DNA from: an uncultured delta proteobacterium
GTDB lineage: Bacteria; Myxococcota_A; UBA9160; SMWR01
Direction of reading: 5' to 3'
Assembly: GCA_963832165.1 (NCBI GenBank)
Contig: CAWHTE010000004.1
Location: forward strand, 256,001 to 320,000
DNA: 64,000 nucleotides
Shown: positions 46,155-53,739 of the stretch, piece after piece
Layout of the letters: each line of letters starts with the position of its first letter
Numbering within the stretch: position 1 is the stretch's first letter
Notes under the pieces: model-generated
Seen by the model: only the letters and a program-made list of their open reading frames with translations
Databases searched by the model: none
What the model was told of the DNA's origin: nothing
Program-made: the position numbers and the translations under genes

Positions 46155-47801
46155 TCAGCGCAGGTACACCCCGCCCGACAGGCGTGTCGCCTTCGGGTCG
46201 ACGCGCACGTGCACGACCGACACGCGGCCGGACGCGAGCGCGCGGTCGAGCGCCGGCCGGATCTGGCCCGGCTGGTCGACGCGCTCGGCGTGGCCGTCGA
46301 CGAACTCGGCGAACTTCTCGTAGTGAGCGGGCAGCAGCGAGGCGATCCGCGGCGCGCCGGGCGGGAACATGCCGTCCTGGATCGAGTGCCCGGCGATTCC
46401 CTCGTTGTTCGCGACCACGAAGACCACGGGTGCGCCCACGCGCGCAGCGGTCTCCACTTCGAGCGCGGCCGCTCCGAATGCGTAGTCGCCCAGGATCGCC
46501 ACCGACGGTGCTTCGGGGCGCGCGAGCTTCGCGCCGATCGCGTAGGGCACCCCCGTGCCCATGCAGCCCGTGGTGCCCGCGTTGAACAGGCGCCGCTCTC
46601 CGTAGCTGGGCATGATCTGCCGCGCGATGCCCATGATCGTCTCACCGTCGATCGCGATCGACGACTCACGCGGCACCGCCGCGCGCACCTCGGCGACGAG
46701 GCGGTGCGGATCGATCGGCATCGAGTCCGACTCCATCGACGCGCGCAGCTTCGCCTCGTTCTCTTCGCGTGCTGTCGCAAGCGAGGCGAGCCAGCGCCCG
46801 TCGGCGCTCTTCAGTTTTCGACCGGAGAGCGCAGTCAGGAGCGCCTGCGCAGCCGCGCGTGCGTCGGCGACCACGCCGAGCTCGATATCCGCGCCGCTGT
46901 AGAACTCACCGGCCTCGAGATCGATCTGGGCGAGGCGCACTCCGGCTGCGAAGCCGCGCGCGCCGCCGTAGCCGAAGATCCAGTTGAAGCGCCCGCCGAT
47001 CATCACGATCGCATCCGCGGTCTTGAGCGCCGTGGAGCGCGCGCTGTTCATGAAGCAGCGGTGATCGTCGGGGATCGTGCCGCGCGCCATCGGCGAAGTG
47101 ACGTAGGGAATGCCGAGGTCGGCGATCTGTGCGAGCGCCTCGCCGGCGCCCGCCCATGCGGCGCCCTTGCCGACGAGCAGCAGCGGGCGCTCGGCGCGCG
47201 CGAGCAGATCGGCAATGCGCTCGATCGCCTCCGGCGCCGGGTGGGGCGGCGCAATTTCGGGCGGCCGCTCGCGCAGCGGTGCGCGAGCCGACTCGACGCG
47301 CCGCGCGACCCAGTGGCCCGGGAAATCGATGTACACCGCGCCGGGTCGTCCGCTCGCGGCCTTGCCCAGCGCGAGGTGCACGATCTCGGGGATGCGCTCG
47401 GTGCTGTCGACCTCGAGCGTCCACTTGCACGCGGGCCGCGCGAACGCGCGCTGGTCCGCCTCCTGGAAGCCGCCGAGGCCGCGCATCATCCCGTACGCCG
47501 AGCCGCCGAGCACCACGAGCGGCATCGCGCTCTCGGTGGCGACGTGCATCGGCGTCACCGCGTTGGTCATGCCCGGGCCCGAGCCCACGACGCACACGCC
47601 GGGCTTGCGCTTCACCCAACCCCAGCCGGAGGCCATCAATCCCGCGGAAACCTCGTGCCGGCAGTTGACGACCGTGAGGCCTTCCTCGACGGCGCCCGAC
47701 AGGATCTCGATCATCGGCCCTGCGACGACGCCGAATATCGTGTCGATCCCTGCGGCCTTCAGCTGCCGGGCCGCGAGCTGGCCCCCGTTGCGCTCGGTCA
47801 T
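46155..47801 (-). CDS. TPP-dependent enzyme, 2-hydroxyacyl-CoA lyase / oxalyl-CoA decarboxylase-like
   Basis: ATG 47801 after RBS gaggag; CRHEVSA, GPGMTNA, GGFQE, GRPGAVYID, AGTTGCMGTG and GDYAFG...NN (TPP motif). Confidence 0.88.
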   Translation of the reverse strand: MTERNGGQLAARQLKAAGIDTIFGVVAGPMIEILSGAVEEGLTVVNCRHEVSAGLMASGWGWVKRKPGVCVVGSGPGMTNAVTPMHVATESAMPLVVLGGSAYGMMRGLGGFQEADQRAFARPACKWTLEVDSTERIPEIVHLALGKAASGRPGAVYIDFPGHWVARRVESARAPLRERPPEIAPPHPAPEAIERIADLLARAERPLLLVGKGAAWAGAGEALAQIADLGIPYVTSPMARGTIPDDHRCFMNSARSTALKTADAIVMIGGRFNWIFGYGGARGFAAGVRLAQIDLEAGEFYSGADIELGVVADARAAAQALLTALSGRKLKSADGRWLASLATAREENEAKLRASMESDSMPIDPHRLVAEVRAAVPRESSIAIDGETIMGIARQIMPSYGERRLFNAGTTGCMGTGVPYAIGAKLARPEAPSVAILGDYAFGAAALEVETAARVGAPVVFVVANNEGIAGHSIQDGMFPPGAPRIASLLPAHYEKFAEFVDGHAERVDQPGQIRPALDRALASGRVSVVHVRVDPKATRLSGGVYLR

Positions 47802-47875
47802 CGCTGTCTCCTCTGTGGAGCCCCATGATGCGTCGCCTGCGCACCACACGGCAAGCTCGGGTCGATTCGCCTCGC

Positions 47876-50077
47876 CTACTTCAGCACGCGGAGGAGATCG
47901 CTGTAGTCGTCGGTCCACAGAGGTGCACGCGCAAGCAGCTCCGGGGTCGGCCGGTTCACGGCATTTCCGCGCAGACCTCGCGCGCGGTGGCGCTTCTGCG
48001 CGGCGCGCGCGAGCGCGTCCAGGCGCGACTCGTCCTCGCTGAAGAAGACCCACTGCGATCCCTGCGAGCGCTGCCTCGGGGCCCCGGGGTTCTGGAGGCT
48101 CAGCACAGGCATGCCCGCGTCGTCGGCCAGGCGGAACAGCAGCGGGATCAGATTGAACGTTCGGCTCGAAACATGGATCGCGAGCAGCCCGCTCGGCGCG
48201 AGCGATTCGCGGTAGAGCGCGAGCGCTTCTCGCGTGAGCAGGTGGACGGGCACGGAGTCGCTGCTGTAGCCGTCGACGATCAGGTAATCGAAGAGCGGGG
48301 CGTTGCGCGCGCGCTCGCGCGCGATCGAGATGCGGCCATCTCCCTGGATGATCTCGACCTTCGCCTTGCTGAGCTCGAGGAAGGTGAAGTACTTGTCGTC
48401 GCGGTCCATCCGGATCACCGCGGGGTCGATCTCGAAGAACCGCATGTGATCGCCCTCGCGACCGTAGACGGCGAGCGTGCCGGTTCCGAGCCCGACCACG
48501 CCGATCTCCGCCGGTACGCCTTCCTCGCGCAGCCCCAGCGCGATCTCGATGCCCGTGTGCATCCCGTAATAGGTGGTGGGTTTGTTCTCGAGGCCCACGA
48601 TCTGCAAGCCATGCAACGTGGAACCGTGCATGAGGGTCCGGATCGGACGCGTTCGCATCCCATCGCGCTTCTGCTCGACCCGCAGCACGCCGAAGAAGCT
48701 CCGCTCCTGATGCAGGACGGTGGAACGAGCTGCGAAGCTCCACGTACCGGCATAGCCGACTCCGAGACACGTGAGCGCGAGAGCGACAGCGAAGCGCCAC
48801 CGCGGCCCGCCGTGGCGCAGCCATCCGCGCGCGTCGCTGCGCCACGCGGCGAGCAGGAGCAGGCATCCCAGCAGGAGCCCGAGCTGCAGCTCGCGGAATT
48901 CGTCGAACACGCGCGGTGCGACGAGGCCGACGGCGAGACCGCCGAGCGCTCCACCGCCCGACGTGCACAGGTAGTACGTGGCGAGCCTGTGCGCTGGCGG
49001 ACGCAGCCGGAACAGCTCGCCGTGCAGGACCATGCACGACGCGAACAGCAAGAGGCCGTATTTCGCAACCAGGTACGGCACCTGCCCACCCGCCGCCTCG
49101 GTCAGCGTGGCGTACGTCCACACCTTCAGCGCGAGGTCTGGCGCGAAGTGAGCGAACGCCGCGAGCGCCACGAACGGCCATCGGCTGTACAACCGCTCCG
49201 AGCTGAAGCACAGGATCAGCGTGGAGAGATAGATCGCGAGCGGCACGATCCAGAGGAACGGCACGCTCGCGAGATCGAGACAGAGCGTGTTCGTGAGGCC
49301 CATCAGCAGCACCACGGCACACGCCGGGAGCAGGATCCAGAGGGCGATCCGGCCCGCGCGCAGATCGGACCCGGACGAGGTCGCGTCGAGCTCCGCCGCT
49401 GTCACCGCGGCAGTCGTCCCGGTGCGCCTCGCGAGAAAGCCGCAGCCGATCACGGCGAGGCCCGCTGCGATGAAGGCGCCGGACCAGATGCGGCCGGTTG
49501 CGGACAGCGGCAGGCGCGGCTCGAGCGCGAACGGGTAGGCGAGCAGCGCCAGCAGCGACCCGAGATTCGAGACCGCGTAGAGGGGGTAGGGCGAGCGGTC
49601 GGGGTAGCGCCGCGAGAACCAGACGGAGATCAGCGTTCCGGTCGCCGAGAGCGCGAAGAACGGCAGCGCGACGTTGGCGAGCAGCATCGCGAGAATCTCC
49701 GCGACGGGATCGCCGCTCCCGTCGGGCCGCGACGCATCGGTGGGCAGCACGGGGAGGGCGAGCACGGCGGCCGCGATCGCGACGGCGTGGACGATCCACT
49801 GTGTGCGAGCGCTCGCACGCGTGGTCAGCAGATACGCATACGCGTACCCAGCAAACAGAGTGGTCTGGTAGAACGCCAAGCACAGCGACCAGACCGCGGG
49901 AACGCCTCCGAACCAGGGCAGGATCCGCTTCGCGACCAGGGGCTGGACCAGGAAGATCAGGAAAGCCGAGGCGAACGTGGTCGCAACGAACAGCGAAACG
50001 CCCGGCGGGATCGCGGCGCTCGCCGCGGGTTCGATGCGATCCGCGGGCTCCGAGATCGGCAGCTGCGCAGCGTCCAT
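47876..50077 (-). CDS. Fused membrane / spermidine-synthase-like SAM-dependent transferase (subfamily 2, paralog b)
   Basis: Collinear with 43987-46152; VGLGTGTLA, FEIDPAV, VDGYSSDSVPVHLLT and WTDDYSDLL. Confidence 0.88.
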   Translation of the reverse strand: MDAAQLPISEPADRIEPAASAAIPPGVSLFVATTFASAFLIFLVQPLVAKRILPWFGGVPAVWSLCLAFYQTTLFAGYAYAYLLTTRASARTQWIVHAVAIAAAVLALPVLPTDASRPDGSGDPVAEILAMLLANVALPFFALSATGTLISVWFSRRYPDRSPYPLYAVSNLGSLLALLAYPFALEPRLPLSATGRIWSGAFIAAGLAVIGCGFLARRTGTTAAVTAAELDATSSGSDLRAGRIALWILLPACAVVLLMGLTNTLCLDLASVPFLWIVPLAIYLSTLILCFSSERLYSRWPFVALAAFAHFAPDLALKVWTYATLTEAAGGQVPYLVAKYGLLLFASCMVLHGELFRLRPPAHRLATYYLCTSGGGALGGLAVGLVAPRVFDEFRELQLGLLLGCLLLLAAWRSDARGWLRHGGPRWRFAVALALTCLGVGYAGTWSFAARSTVLHQERSFFGVLRVEQKRDGMRTRPIRTLMHGSTLHGLQIVGLENKPTTYYGMHTGIEIALGLREEGVPAEIGVVGLGTGTLAVYGREGDHMRFFEIDPAVIRMDRDDKYFTFLELSKAKVEIIQGDGRISIARERARNAPLFDYLIVDGYSSDSVPVHLLTREALALYRESLAPSGLLAIHVSSRTFNLIPLLFRLADDAGMPVLSLQNPGAPRQRSQGSQWVFFSEDESRLDALARAAQKRHRARGLRGNAVNRPTPELLARAPLWTDDYSDLLRVLK

Positions 50078-50231
50078 GGGCCTCCCTGATCGAGCCGGCC
50101 ATGATGCACGTCAGGAGCCCCGCCCGGCAAGGGAAGCGCCCACGACATCTTTCGGGGTGTCGTCGCGATCCGCACGACCTATTCTCGGCGGGGGCGGTGT
50201 GAGGTTTCCAAATCCATCTGGAGGAATGTCC

Positions 50232-50864
50232 ATGTCCCTACAGCTCGGCGACGTCGCCCCGGACTTCGAGTCCGACTCCACCGAGGGTCGGATCCGCTTC
50301 CACGACTGGATCGGCAAGGGCTGGGCCGTGCTCTTCTCCCACCCGAAAGACTTCACTCCCGTCTGCACGACCGAGCTCGGCGAGGTCGCTCGGCTCAAGC
50401 CCGAGTTCGAGAAGCGCGGCGTGAAGGTGATCGGCCTCTCCGTCGATCCCGTGAGCGATCACAAGAAGTGGGCCGTGGACATCGAGGAGACGCAGGGAAC
50501 CGCGCTCAATTTTCCGCTGATCGGCGACCCGGAGCGCACGGTGTCGGGCCTCTACGACATGATCCACCCGAACGCGAACGACACGCTCACGGTGCGATCG
50601 GTGTTCGTGATCGGACCCGACAAGAAGATCAAGCTCACGATCACCTATCCCGCGAGCACGGGGCGCAACTTCGACGAGGTGCTGCGCGTGATCGATTCGC
50701 TGCAGCTCACGGCGAAGTACCAGGTGGCGACACCCGTGAACTGGCATCGAGGCGACGACGTGATCATCGTCCCCTCGGTCTCCGACGAGGACGCGAAGAA
50801 GAAGTTCCCGCAGGGTTGGAAGGCGGTGAAGCCGTACCTGCGGATCGTGAAACAGCCGCAGTAA
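50232..50864 (+). CDS. 1-Cys peroxiredoxin (Prx6 family)
   Basis: FSHPKDFTPVCTTE, YPASTGRNFDEVLRVIDSLQ and ATPVNW; RBS ggagga. Confidence 0.95.
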   Translation: MSLQLGDVAPDFESDSTEGRIRFHDWIGKGWAVLFSHPKDFTPVCTTELGEVARLKPEFEKRGVKVIGLSVDPVSDHKKWAVDIEETQGTALNFPLIGDPERTVSGLYDMIHPNANDTLTVRSVFVIGPDKKIKLTITYPASTGRNFDEVLRVIDSLQLTAKYQVATPVNWHRGDDVIIVPSVSDEDAKKKFPQGWKAVKPYLRIVKQPQ

Positions 50865-50921
50865 CGCACTACTCGCAGTCGCACCGCGTCCCAATCAGTA
50901 GGCCGGGCGGACTGATTACGC

Positions 50922-51285
50922 GGCTTGGTTGCTCTGGGCCGGGCCGATGTTTGTCGCTCCGGCCTGCGCGCGAGTGGGGCCACGAGCCATGCAGCGTTCC
51001 GGGCCAACACCCGACGCGGCGGTTCGCATCATCCGCGACTCGCGCTCGGCCTGCGCGACATAACATCGCGCCCGGCCCCCACGGTTGGGAGGCTCAACGC
51101 CCTGAGCGAGCAGGCACTCAACCAGTAGGCCGGGTGGACCGATTACGTCGCGGAGGCCGAGCGCGAGTCGGAAACGGTGCGAACCAGTCGGCGTATATCC
51201 GGCTGGAGTTTCGCGCAGCTCGGGTTCCCACTCGCGCGCAGGCCGGAGCCGACGAATCGGCCGCCCGGCCAGGGCAACCAAAGCC
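50922..51285 (+). repeat. ~365-nt imperfect inverted repeat able to fold as a long rod (candidate structured ncRNA or REPIN/MITE-like element)
   Basis: Perfect helices 50956-50978/51227-51249 (23 bp) and 51036-51052/51154-51170 (17 bp), further shorter helices, and a 28-bp direct repeat at 50893-50920 and 51120-51147. Confidence 0.8.
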
Positions 51286-51303
51286 AATGCCGCAGCCGAC
51301 GAA

Positions 51304-51717
51304 TCAGCCGCTGGGCCGCGGACGGAAATAGGGCAGGGTGATCTCCTCGGACATCTCGCGGAAGGTCACCTCGATCGGCATTCCCACGCAGACCTCGGCG
51401 GGATCGCAGTCGACGAGGTTCGAGAGCATGTACCAGCCCTCGGCGAGCTCCGCGATCACCACGATGTAGGGCACCGCGAATACGGGTCGCTGCGGCCGGT
51501 GCACGACGGTGTAGCTGTACACGGTGCCGAGTCCCGAGCTCGTCACCCATTCGAGCTGATCCCCGAAGCAGCCCGTGCACACGGGCTGCGGGATGAACAC
51601 GGCCGCGCTGCAGTCACGGCAGCGCTGGAAGCGCAGCACGCCCGCGCGGCAGCCGTCCCAGTGCGGCCGCGACAGCTCCGTCGGACGCGGCAGCGGAATG
51701 CTCACGCTCGTGCTCAC
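51304..51717 (-). CDS. Zn-ribbon / OB-fold DUF35 (ChsH2-C-like) protein
   Basis: HWDGCRAGVLRFQRCRDC...PVCTGC, GTVYSYTVVHR and ELAEG; overlaps the thiolase-like gene stop. Confidence 0.9.
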   Translation of the reverse strand: MSTSVSIPLPRPTELSRPHWDGCRAGVLRFQRCRDCSAAVFIPQPVCTGCFGDQLEWVTSSGLGTVYSYTVVHRPQRPVFAVPYIVVIAELAEGWYMLSNLVDCDPAEVCVGMPIEVTFREMSEEITLPYFRPRPSG

Positions 51718-52868
51718 GGCTTCTCCTTGCCGAGCAACATCACGTCGCAGAACAGCGCACCCGCTCCGCCGTTGCTCGTCATCGCGACCTCGGCTCCCGG
51801 CACCGTGAGCTCCGCGGGATAGGCGCCCTGGAGCTGGAGCACCGAGCTCGTGACCTTCTGCAGGAGCTGGGCGGTACCGGGGTGGCTGAACGAGAGCAGC
51901 CCGCCGTTGGTGACGAGCGGGCACTCACCGTCGATCTCGATCCGACCCCCCATCACGAAATCTCCACCTTCGCCCTCTTTGCAGAAGCCGAACGCCTCGA
52001 GCTGTCGGATCAGCTCGAACGAGAACGGGTCGTAGAACTCGCACACGTCGACGTCGGCGGGTGTGAGCCCGCACTGCTCGAACGCGCGCTGTGCGGCGCG
52101 CCGGCCGCTCCAGCCGTAGCGGTCCCAGACCGGTGCGGTGACGTAGGCCATGCCCTGGCGCTCGATCGCGCCGCCGAGCAGCCAGATCGGTTGGATGCCG
52201 AGATCCGCGGCGCGCGCGGCGGTCGTGAGCACGAGCCCCGCGCCGCCTTCGGAGTTGATCGCGCAGTCGAGCAGGTGATAGGGGTCGGCGACCAGGCGCG
52301 ACGCGAGCACGTCCTGCGGCGTCACGTGTCGTCCGTAGAAGACCGCATCCGGGTGCCGCGCGCCGTGATTGCGGATCGTCGCGGCCACCTCGGCGAGCGA
52401 CTCGGGCCGTGTTCCGTACAGGTGCATGTGGCGGCGCGCGATCAGCGCGAACTCGGCCGCGGTGTAGAGGCCCCAGCTCGCGACGAACTCGTTGGTGGGG
52501 CGCGTCCACGGCGACGTCGAGTCGCGCTCGGTGTACTCGCCGGCCTGAGCGTCCGCGATCACGACGGTTTCGCATTGGCCCGTTGCGATCGCGAGCGCGG
52601 CCTCGATCACGCCTTCGATCCCGAGCGCGACGCCGGTCCACACGGGGCGCCCGCCGAACCACGCCGCTGACTCGCGCGGATTGAGCCTCCACACCGACGA
52701 GCGCACGTTCACGCCGTCGACGTCGGCCGGGCGCAGATTCGCGGCCGCGAGCGCACCGCGCACCGCGTCGAGCACGAGGTCGAGCTCGCTGACTCCTTCG
52801 ATCACCTTGGCCTGGCGCGTGTGGTAGGCGCCCACGAGCGCGACGTCGTGGAACGGGTGACGGGGCAT
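51714..52868 (-). CDS. Thiolase-superfamily protein (SCP-x/Ltp2-like)
   Basis: AIATGQCETV, ARRHMHLYG, HLLDCAINSEGG, EFYDPFS and TNGGLLSFSHPG. Confidence 0.88.
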   Translation of the reverse strand: MPRHPFHDVALVGAYHTRQAKVIEGVSELDLVLDAVRGALAAANLRPADVDGVNVRSSVWRLNPRESAAWFGGRPVWTGVALGIEGVIEAALAIATGQCETVVIADAQAGEYTERDSTSPWTRPTNEFVASWGLYTAAEFALIARRHMHLYGTRPESLAEVAATIRNHGARHPDAVFYGRHVTPQDVLASRLVADPYHLLDCAINSEGGAGLVLTTAARAADLGIQPIWLLGGAIERQGMAYVTAPVWDRYGWSGRRAAQRAFEQCGLTPADVDVCEFYDPFSFELIRQLEAFGFCKEGEGGDFVMGGRIEIDGECPLVTNGGLLSFSHPGTAQLLQKVTSSVLQLQGAYPAELTVPGAEVAMTSNGGAGALFCDVMLLGKEKP

Positions 52869-52946
52869 CGGGCCTTCCGGGTTTCGGGAAACGCGCATCG
52901 TATCACTACGCCCCGTCGGTTACAGTGACCGGCGAAGGGCATTGGG

Positions 52947-53735
52947 ATGGGCGAACCCACGTCGATCGACACGGTGCAGCCGCGGATCGTCGATTGGATC
53001 GTGACGCCGCTGTTCCTGATCGGTTTCGCAGGCACGCTGCTCTTCTTCGATCCGCTGCTGCGGATCTCGCGCTGCTTCGGGCTGCGCCCCGAGGAGATCG
53101 TCGCGGGCGCGCTGCAGTGGACGCTCGTGCGCGTGTTCGGGATCGCGGGCACGCGGCTCGCGGTCGAGCGTGAGCCAGGTCTCGTGCCGGGTGCGCCCGC
53201 GCTCGTGATCGCGAACCACCAGAGCATGTTCGATATCCCGATCTTCGCGGCGCTCTTGTTCCGCAACTATCCGAAGTACATCTCGAAGCGCGAGCTCGCG
53301 AAGTGGCTGCCGAGCATCTCGTACAACCTGCGTCGCGGCGGCCACGCGATCATCGACCGCGACGACCGCGCGGGCTCCGTCGCGGCAATCCGCGCGCTCG
53401 CCGATCAGGTCAACGAACGCGGCGTCACCGCCGTGATCTTTCCGGAGGGCACGCGCGCGCGGTTCGGCGAGCTCCGCACGTTCAAGACCGCGGGCGCGCT
53501 CGCGCTGCTCGACGCGGCGCCCGACGTCCCCGTGGTGATCGTGGCGATCGACGAGTCGTGGCGCCTGCTGCGCTGGAATCTCATGCCGATCCCGTACGGC
53601 ACGCGCGTGCGCGTGCGGATCGGCGCGCCGATCGCGCGCCGACCCGACGAGGATCAGCACGCGCTGGTCGTGGGCGCGCGCGCCGAAATCGAGAAGACGC
53701 TCGCGCGCTGGCGCGCGGAGGCACCTCGGCGCTGA
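52947..53735 (+). CDS. Lysophospholipid acyltransferase (PlsC family)
   Basis: NHQSMFD (HX4D), IDR and FPEGTR. Confidence 0.92.
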   Translation: MGEPTSIDTVQPRIVDWIVTPLFLIGFAGTLLFFDPLLRISRCFGLRPEEIVAGALQWTLVRVFGIAGTRLAVEREPGLVPGAPALVIANHQSMFDIPIFAALLFRNYPKYISKRELAKWLPSISYNLRRGGHAIIDRDDRAGSVAAIRALADQVNERGVTAVIFPEGTRARFGELRTFKTAGALALLDAAPDVPVVIVAIDESWRLLRWNLMPIPYGTRVRVRIGAPIARRPDEDQHALVVGARAEIEKTLARWRAEAPRR

Positions 53736-53739
53736 CCCG

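Noticed and set aside
47802..50102. Apparent 1315-aa fusion ending in the TPP enzyme
   Set aside because: The upstream part is an off-frame overlay of 47876-50077. The real start is ATG 47801 with an RBS.
51207..51219. 13-bp match (agtttcgcgcagc) between the rod palindrome and the hopanoid-operon junction repeat
   Set aside because: Too short and GC-rich to establish common origin without a genome-wide search.
50865..51303. CRISPR array, integron attC, or SRP/RNase P/tmRNA in the prx-DUF35 gap
   Set aside because: Only two copies of the 28-bp direct repeat, 227 bp apart; no cas or integrase genes; no convincing attC core sites; no signature sequences of those RNAs recognised.
50869..51331. 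Short ORFs across the palindromic intergenic region
   Set aside because: No RBS or motif support. Similar peptides on both strands simply reflect the inverted repeat.
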